A stretch of DNA of 64,000 bases, taken from contig CAWCDG010000004.1 of NCBI GenBank assembly GCA_963794325.1, forward strand, positions 1,792,001 to 1,856,000. The letters are read 5' to 3'. Positions within the stretch are counted from its first letter, which is position 1. Each line of letters starts with the position of its first letter. The DNA comes from an uncultured delta proteobacterium. GTDB taxonomy: Bacteria > Desulfobacterota > Binatia > Binatales > Binataceae. The notes beneath the pieces are model-generated. The model was not told the DNA's origin, did not search any database, and was given only the letters and a program-made list of their open reading frames with translations. The translations under genes and the position numbers were made by a program. Shown here in pieces: positions 57,795 through 64,000 of this stretch.

Positions 57795-58181
57795 ATGAAA
57801 AAGGAAAGAGCGATTGCGGCGCTCGCTGCGTTGGCGCAGGAATCGCGGCTCGACGTGTTCCGGATGCTGGTCCAGAGCGGCCCCGACGGACTGCCGGCCG
57901 GCGAAATCGGCGCCAAGCTCGGCGTTCCCTCGCCCACTCTCTCGTTCCATCTGAATCATCTCAAACACGCCGGTCTGGTGACCTGCCGGCGCGACAGCCG
58001 CTCGATCATTTACAGCGCCGACTACAAGGCGATGAACGATCTGATTTCCTATCTGATGGAAAACTGCTGCCGGGGAAATGCGCAAGAATGTGCGCCGGCG
58101 GTCTGCAAGCCTGCGCGAGAGACGAACGTCAAACAACAACAAAAGCTCCGCAATGCGGAGCGAGGGAAGGTGAACGCATGA
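57795..58181 (+). CDS. arsR: ArsR family repressor
   Basis: ALAQESRL, TLSFHL and C-terminal ENCC. Confidence 0.9.
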   Translation: MKKERAIAALAALAQESRLDVFRMLVQSGPDGLPAGEIGAKLGVPSPTLSFHLNHLKHAGLVTCRRDSRSIIYSADYKAMNDLISYLMENCCRGNAQECAPAVCKPARETNVKQQQKLRNAERGKVNA

Positions 58182-58627
58182 AGCGCATGCATATCCACGT
58201 CGCGGTCAAGGAAATTCCCGAGTCAATCAAATTCTACTCGACGATGTTCGGCGTCGAGCCGTCGGTGGTGAAAAAAGATTACGCGAAGTGGATGCTCGAC
58301 GACCCGCGCGTGAACTTCGCCGTATCGACCTTCGGGCAGGCGACGACCGGCCTCGATCACCTGGGAATACAGGTCGAATCGCCAGACGAACTGCGCGAGA
58401 TTTCCGGCCGGCTCAAAGCCGCGGAGCAGACTTTGGTCGAGCAGACCAACGCCTCATGCTGCTATGCGCGTTCGGACAAGGCGTGGGCGACCGATCCGAA
58501 CGGGCTGTCGTGGGAGACCTTCTTCACGATGGGCGAGACCACCGTTTACGGCGAGGACTTGCGGCCCGTCGCGGAAGCGAAGACGGTCGCGCCCGCCACC
58601 GCCTGCTGCGCTAAGACCAGCGCCTGA
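58178..58627 (+). CDS. arsI: ArsI/CadI family VOC metalloenzyme
   Basis: HIHVAV, DYAKWMLDDPRVNF and CCYARSDKAW. Confidence 0.85.
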   Translation: MKRMHIHVAVKEIPESIKFYSTMFGVEPSVVKKDYAKWMLDDPRVNFAVSTFGQATTGLDHLGIQVESPDELREISGRLKAAEQTLVEQTNASCCYARSDKAWATDPNGLSWETFFTMGETTVYGEDLRPVAEAKTVAPATACCAKTSA

Positions 58628-58639
58628 TCGGAGACTCCC

Positions 58640-59152
58640 ATGGCGAATCGGGAATTCAATGTGCTGTTTCTATGCACCGGCAATTCGGCGCGCAGCATCA
58701 TGGCGGAATGCGCGATGAATCGATGGGGCAAGGGCAAGTTCAAGGCATTCAGCGCCGGCAGTCATCCCTCGGGCGCGGTGCATCCGGCGACGCTGCAACT
58801 GCTCAATGAGCTGAACTACGAAACGCGCCGGCTGCGCAGCAAGAGCTGGGACGAATTCGCACGACCGGATAGTCCGCCGTTGGATTTTGTCTTCACGGTC
58901 TGCGACAAAGCGGCCGCCGAAATGTGTCCGGTGTGGCCCGGACAGCCAATTACGGCGCATTGGGGCGCATCCGATCCCGCGGCATTCGTCGGGCCCGATG
59001 AAGCGAAGCGCCGCTTTTTTTTGAAGATATACACCGAGCTTGAAAACCGGATAAAGATTTTCTCCAGCCTGCCTTTCGATTCGCTCGACCGCTTCGCACT
59101 CGAGCGACGCGTCAGGGAAATCGGAACCGTCAAGCTGCCGGACGACAAATGA
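58640..59152 (+). CDS. arsC: Arsenate reductase (LMWP/thioredoxin type)
   Basis: [14 protein letters not shown] and CPVWPG. Confidence 0.93.
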   Translation: MANREFNVLFLCTGNSARSIMAECAMNRWGKGKFKAFSAGSHPSGAVHPATLQLLNELNYETRRLRSKSWDEFARPDSPPLDFVFTVCDKAAAEMCPVWPGQPITAHWGASDPAAFVGPDEAKRRFFLKIYTELENRIKIFSSLPFDSLDRFALERRVREIGTVKLPDDK

Positions 59153-60240
59153 ACACGAAGATTCGCCGACTCTCGTTTCTCGACCGTTACCTGACGTTGT
59201 GGATTTTCCTGGCGATGGCGGCTGGAATCGCGTTGGGCGCGGCGGCGCCGGGTGTGCGGATTGTCTTCGATCGCCTGAGCGTGGGCACGACCTCGATACC
59301 AATCGCGATCGGACTCATCCTGATGATGTACCCGCCGCTGGCGAAGGTGAATTACGACGAGCTCGGCGATGTCTTTCGCGATTGGAAAATCCTCGGCCTC
59401 TCGATGGTCCAGAACTGGATCATCGGTCCGATCCTGATGTTCGCACTCGCCGTGATATTCCTTCGCGATCGTCCGGAGTACATGACCGGCCTGATCATCA
59501 TCGGGCTGGCACGGTGTATCGCGATGGTAATCGTGTGGAACGACCTGGCCTGCGGCGACACCGAATACTGCGCCGGACTGGTTGCCTTCAATTCGATCTT
59601 CCAGGTGTTGTTCTTCTCGCTCTATGCGTATGTGTTCGTGACGGTAATCCCGCGATGGCTCGGGCTGGGCGGCGCTATCGTTCAAATCACGATCGGTCAG
59701 ATCGCGCAAAGCGTCGCCATCTATCTGGGCGTACCGTTCGTGGCGGGTTTTGCGACCTGGAAAATCCTTACCGCGCGGATGGGCAAGGCCTGGTATCGCG
59801 AGCGTTTCGTTCCGAAGATCAGTCCGCTCACGCTCATCTTCCTGCTCTTCACCATCGTAGTGATGTTTTCGATCAAGGGCGCGAAAATCGTGCACCTGCC
59901 GCTCGACGTGGTGCGCATCGCGATTCCGCTGCTGCTCTACTTCACGATCATGTTCGCGCTGTCCTTCGTGCTAAGCCGCGCCGTCGGCGCAACCTATCCG
60001 CAGACGGCGACCCTGTCTTTCACGGCGGCGTCCAACAATTTCGAGCTCGCTATCGCAGTCGCAGTCGCGACCTTCGGCATCGACAGCGGAGCAGCCTTCG
60101 CCGCCGTAATCGGACCGCTGATCGAAGTCCCGGTGATGATCGGCCTGGTGGACGTCGCCCGATGGGCTCAGCGCAGTTATTTTCCAACGTCGCCAGCCGC
60201 GATAGATTTACCTGATCGACGCGACGCCAGGAGAGCCTAG
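59149..60240 (+). CDS. acr3: ACR3 arsenite efflux transporter
   Basis: [30 protein letters not shown] and GPLIEVP. Confidence 0.95.
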   Translation: MNTKIRRLSFLDRYLTLWIFLAMAAGIALGAAAPGVRIVFDRLSVGTTSIPIAIGLILMMYPPLAKVNYDELGDVFRDWKILGLSMVQNWIIGPILMFALAVIFLRDRPEYMTGLIIIGLARCIAMVIVWNDLACGDTEYCAGLVAFNSIFQVLFFSLYAYVFVTVIPRWLGLGGAIVQITIGQIAQSVAIYLGVPFVAGFATWKILTARMGKAWYRERFVPKISPLTLIFLLFTIVVMFSIKGAKIVHLPLDVVRIAIPLLLYFTIMFALSFVLSRAVGATYPQTATLSFTAASNNFELAIAVAVATFGIDSGAAFAAVIGPLIEVPVMIGLVDVARWAQRSYFPTSPAAIDLPDRRDARRA

Positions 60241-60261
60241 CGATATCAATCTGGGTGAGAG

Positions 60262-60490
60262 GCGGCCGGCGGGCGTAGCCGCCGATAGGTGAGGCAAGAT
60301 GCAAGCGCGCAACGTCGCTGCTCTTTCTTCTCTTGTCTTTTCATCCTTGTGTCATTCAGAGCGAAAGTTGCTGTAGCGAAGAATCCCGGATTTGACGACG
60401 AAGAAATGCTCGCATGCGTCACGGTTGGGATGCGTCGGCAAGCATCCAAAAGATCCGGGATTCTTCGCTGCGCTCTGAATGACACAAGGA
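60262..60490. repeat. GCGGCCGG module plus inverted pair of TGTC-type REPs
   Basis: 60262-60294 matches 47932-47964; TGTGTCATTCAGAGCG..GAAGAATCCCGGAT (60341-60391) is inverted at 60453-60490. Confidence 0.8.
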
Positions 60491-60700
60491 AGGTTCGCCG
60501 GATTTCGCCTTTCTCTATCAGCTTACAGGGAGCGGGGAAGAGCCTCTGCCAGTTACGAAACGCCTCCCTGGCAGGGTAGAGGCCAGAATCCGGGCGGGGC
60601 TCAAATTTCTGTCATTTTGGACGGTAATACGATCAGGTTCGTTCTTTTCGTAACAGTGCGAAGGTAGCGCGCACGACCCTGAAGCCACTAAACATGGATC

Positions 60701-60991
60701 ATGATGAAAACGAGAACTCTAGCGACAGTGTTGGTTCTGATTTGCTCGATGCTTCTGGCGCCCAGCTTGGTTCGGGCCGATCAGGATGATTGGTACCAGG
60801 GACGCAAGGGCCAATGGGTCCAACAACAGAACGCATGGCGGTTCCGCGACACCGATGGCAACGTTTACCGCAAGCACGGCAACAGCTGGAGCTGGTACAA
60901 CGGGCGTCATCACAGCGCGGAGGGCACCGCCTACCACAATCGCGCGCCTGGCGACAATCAGACCTACAACCAGTACAAGAACACTCACTAA
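60701..60991 (+). CDS. Small secreted Trp/Gln/Asn-rich protein, paralog A
   Basis: Signal peptide; near-identical to 61073-61492. Confidence 0.8.
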   Translation: MMKTRTLATVLVLICSMLLAPSLVRADQDDWYQGRKGQWVQQQNAWRFRDTDGNVYRKHGNSWSWYNGRHHSAEGTAYHNRAPGDNQTYNQYKNTH

Positions 60992-61072
60992 GGCAAAGAT
61001 CCGGCCAACCGCGCTGGCCGGACTCGAGGGGTTCCGGGTAAACGACCGTCAATCGCGGTCCAAGGAAAAGCT

Positions 61073-61492
61073 ATGAAAACGAAAACCCTGGCAATCGTTA
61101 TGGTTCTGATCGGTTCATTTGTGCTGGCGCCCAGCCTGCTCAGAGCCGACCAAGACCAGTGGTACCAAGGCCGCAAGGGCCAATGGGTTCAACACCAAAA
61201 CGCATGGCAATTCCGCGACCTCGACGGCAACGAATACCGGAATTCCGGAAATGCATGGGGATGGTTCCGCGGCGCCACTCCATACAATGACTGGTACCAG
61301 GGCCGTCAAGGTCAATGGATTCAACGCCAAAACGCATGGCAGTTCCGCGACATGGATGGCAACGAATACCGGCAGCACGGCAATAGCTGGGCTTGGTACA
61401 ACGGGCGTCATCACAGCGAGGAGGGCGCGGCCTACCACAATCGTCCAGCCGGCAACAATCAGACCTACGACCAGTACAAGAACACCCACTAG
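61073..61492 (+). CDS. Small secreted Trp/Gln/Asn-rich protein, paralog B (internal duplication)
   Basis: AAGGA RBS, signal peptide and two WYQGRxGQW..NAWQFRDxDGNEYR modules. Confidence 0.8.
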   Translation: MKTKTLAIVMVLIGSFVLAPSLLRADQDQWYQGRKGQWVQHQNAWQFRDLDGNEYRNSGNAWGWFRGATPYNDWYQGRQGQWIQRQNAWQFRDMDGNEYRQHGNSWAWYNGRHHSEEGAAYHNRPAGNNQTYDQYKNTH

Positions 61493-61564
61493 GCCAATAC
61501 GATCAATCGCGCGGGCCTGACTCGTCTCCACCACGAGTCAGGCCACGCGCTGTTCCATTCCCGC

Positions 61565-63331
61565 CTACCAGCCAATCACTTGCGCAGGCATCACCGGAGC
61601 GGCTTGTCCGCGCGGATCGGCGCCGCCTGCCAGGACGCCAGTCTTGGTGTTGATTTGTACGCCGAGCACATGGCCCTCGGACCACGGCGGGCGGACTTCT
61701 ATCTTATGGCCGCGTGCGGCTAGCGCATCGCGCACGTTTGTGGAGATTCGATCCTCGATGCGCAGCACGCCGGGGTGATTGTCGTGGGGATAGAACGTCG
61801 AGGGGAAGTGCGGCGTCGAGAATTTGGGCGCTTCGATCGCGGATTGCAAATCCATCCCGAAGTCCACGACGTTGAGGAAGAATTGCAGCGTCCATTGATC
61901 TTGCTGGTCGCCGCCGGGAGTGCCGAATGCGAGCCAGGGCTCGCCGTTATGCATCGCGAGCGACGGCGACAGCGTGGTGCGCGGGCGCTTGCCGGGCGCG
62001 AGCGCATTTGGATGGCGCTCGTCGAGATAGAAAGTCTGCATCCGGGTTCCGAGCGGAAAGCCGAGCGCGTCGATCACCGGCGAGCTGGGAATCCACCCGC
62101 CGCTCGCCGTGACCGCAATCATGTTGCCGTCGCGGTCGGCGGCAGTGACGTGAATCGTGCCTGCGCCCCATGGACGTGCGCCGACCGCGGGAGCGTCGCG
62201 CAGCGCGCGCATCGCAATCGGATCGCCGGGGCGTTGATCCATCGAGGCATGCTGCGAGTCGATAAGCTCGCGGCGAATCGCGGCATAACGATCGCTCAGC
62301 AGTGCTTGAAGCGGAACGTCGATGAATTCCGGATCGCCGTAGTACGCCTCGCGATCGGCGAACGAGAGCTTCGCGGACTCGATGACGGCGTGGATGTAGT
62401 CGGCGGAGTTGTGGGCCATCGCGGCGAGGTCGAAACCTTCGAGTAACTTGAGCTGCTGCAAAAATACCGGCCCTTGCGACCATGGCCCGCATTTGAAAAC
62501 AGTGACGCCGCGATAGTCCGCGCTTGCCGGCGATTCGAGGCGCGTCGTGAAACGCTCGAGGTCCGAGGCGGCGAGCAGGCCGCCGTTGGCGTCGGACCAT
62601 GCGACGATCTCGCGAGCGATGTCGCCGCAATAGAAGCGCTCGCGCGCAGCATCGAGGCCACTCTCGCGGCCCTGATTTTTCGCAGATGATTCCGCATCGA
62701 GCAGGCGCTCGAAAAATTTTGCAAGCGCGGGATTCTTGAGCACGCTCCCCGGCAGCGGAACTTTGCCATCGGGCAGATAGACGCGCCCCGACGACGGCCA
62801 CTTGGTGAGGAACCGCTTCGCGTTGCTGCGGAGCGACGCCCCAGCTCCCGCGACGGCTTCATCGGGAAGGTTGGGATCGCCCGACAACCCGACGTGCATC
62901 GGGAAACCGTCGCTCGCAAGTTGAAGCGCCGGCTCGAGCACGTCGGCGAGCGACTTGGTTCCGAAATCGCGCAGTGCAGTCACGAGTGCGTCGAAGGCTG
63001 CGGGCACGCCGGCGGCAAGCAATCCGGCACCGGGGATCAGCTCGATTCCCAGCGACCGGTAGTGGCCAATCGTCGCGCGCTGGGGCGCCATCATATTGCC
63101 GTTGATGGCGATAACGCGGCGGGCAGTTGCCGAGTAAATCAGCATCGGCGCCTCGCCACCGATTGTGTGCATATGCGGGTTGACGACGCCCTCGACGAAT
63201 GTTGCAGCGATGGCAGCGTCGATAGCATTGCCGCCACAAGCGAACACTCGTGCACCGGCCGAGGCAGAAAGGTAATGCTCCGTTGCAAGAATTGCGCGGC
63301 GGCCCATTATGAGCGGATATAGAGTGGGCAT
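61565..63331 (-). CDS. Gamma-glutamyltransferase family protein (cytoplasmic)
   Basis: GGNAIDAA, GTIHVTAAD (Thr nucleophile), PGKRPRTTLSP, GTPGGD and GGADPR. Confidence 0.93.
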   Translation of the reverse strand: MPTLYPLIMGRRAILATEHYLSASAGARVFACGGNAIDAAIAATFVEGVVNPHMHTIGGEAPMLIYSATARRVIAINGNMMAPQRATIGHYRSLGIELIPGAGLLAAGVPAAFDALVTALRDFGTKSLADVLEPALQLASDGFPMHVGLSGDPNLPDEAVAGAGASLRSNAKRFLTKWPSSGRVYLPDGKVPLPGSVLKNPALAKFFERLLDAESSAKNQGRESGLDAARERFYCGDIAREIVAWSDANGGLLAASDLERFTTRLESPASADYRGVTVFKCGPWSQGPVFLQQLKLLEGFDLAAMAHNSADYIHAVIESAKLSFADREAYYGDPEFIDVPLQALLSDRYAAIRRELIDSQHASMDQRPGDPIAMRALRDAPAVGARPWGAGTIHVTAADRDGNMIAVTASGGWIPSSPVIDALGFPLGTRMQTFYLDERHPNALAPGKRPRTTLSPSLAMHNGEPWLAFGTPGGDQQDQWTLQFFLNVVDFGMDLQSAIEAPKFSTPHFPSTFYPHDNHPGVLRIEDRISTNVRDALAARGHKIEVRPPWSEGHVLGVQINTKTGVLAGGADPRGQAAPVMPAQVIGW

Positions 63332-63685
63332 ATTGTAATTTTTTCCTACGGAGAACCTTTTTCTACACGGTCATCAGAACCGCGATTCTTCGCAATTTGT
63401 TTTCGGCGAACCAATTCTCTGACTATCACGACCCGAATTTGGCAAAAACCCACCTGTATTCGGGCATTGTTCCTTCCTCGCAAATGAGTGAGAGAGGACC
63501 CAAGCTCATCCCCAAATTCCGCCTGCCGGATTGTAAAATCGCGTATCTAATGGGTTTTCCACAGCTCTGGACAAATGAAACGAGATGGTTCTCCAGACGT
63601 CTAAACCTTAGGCCCGAAGCTTGCTACAATACAGTCGAGGTTGATGTGGCCGGAATTTACCGGGAAGAAGTGGAGGGGTAAAAAT

Positions 63686-63892
63686 ATGATGACAAGCCTT
63701 AACACGGAAGAACTGATCGGAAAGCATTGCAAGCTGCAGAAACCGGTGCGCGACCATGAGGGGCGCAGTCGATTCAGCGAACAGCCACGCATCCTGCGTG
63801 CAGTAAATAATCTGGACCGGCGCATGTACCTGGTGCAATTCGACGACGGCGCCACCACGTTTCTCTTTCCGGACGAAGTAGTAATCCAGTAG
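63686..63892 (+). CDS. Small hypothetical protein
   Basis: GGAGG RBS, upstream TACAAT and beta-rich 68-aa product. Confidence 0.7.
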   Translation: MMTSLNTEELIGKHCKLQKPVRDHEGRSRFSEQPRILRAVNNLDRRMYLVQFDDGATTFLFPDEVVIQ

Positions 63893-64000
63893 CGAATGAA
63901 CGGCGCTAGACGCCGTTCATGAGCGATGGATTCGCGCGTAAGCGCGTCACCGTCGAATGGACCTCGACGGCAGGCGGTCGCAGAGATCGCATCGCTCGAT

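Noticed and set aside
57645-58142. N-terminal extension of the 605-aa hydrolase-cyclase ORF
   Set aside because: It is antisense to arsR; family homology starts at MEAQTKYA (57644).
57795-60240. ars operon as a novel system
   Set aside because: arsR-arsI-arsC-acr3 is a well-known arrangement.
60494-60509. Third SOS box TTCGCC-GGAT-TTCGCC
   Set aside because: The period is 10 rather than 11 bp, and it is far from a start and adjacent to a REP.

Overview
GC-rich bacterial chromosomal window. Gene content and the species of small secreted proteins suggest a soil deltaproteobacteria-like lineage such as Candidatus Binatia (inference, not demonstrated). Core genes: glyQS-ppdK, thiL, lexA, ribF, the tolQRAB-pal-cpoB operon, gap/pgk/tpiA/secG and tRNA-Leu(GAG). 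Accessory genes: paired family III CoA-transferases, a luxE-luxC-aminotransferase unit without luciferase, paired CNNM/CBS proteins, larB, three class III nucleotide cyclases, a Fic protein, an ECF sigma plus Ogt-Ada(Zn) pair, an ars operon, three tandem glycine-zipper lipoproteins and two Trp-rich secreted paralogs. No integrase, transposase or CRISPR array is visible. The most striking unexplained structure is non-coding: a multi-hairpin element in five copies with compensatory base changes and two alternative 3' modules, stacked with several REP-like families. One REP has also entered the luxC reading frame twice. A candidate TTCG-N7-TTCG SOS box and two apparent +1 frameshifts were also found.
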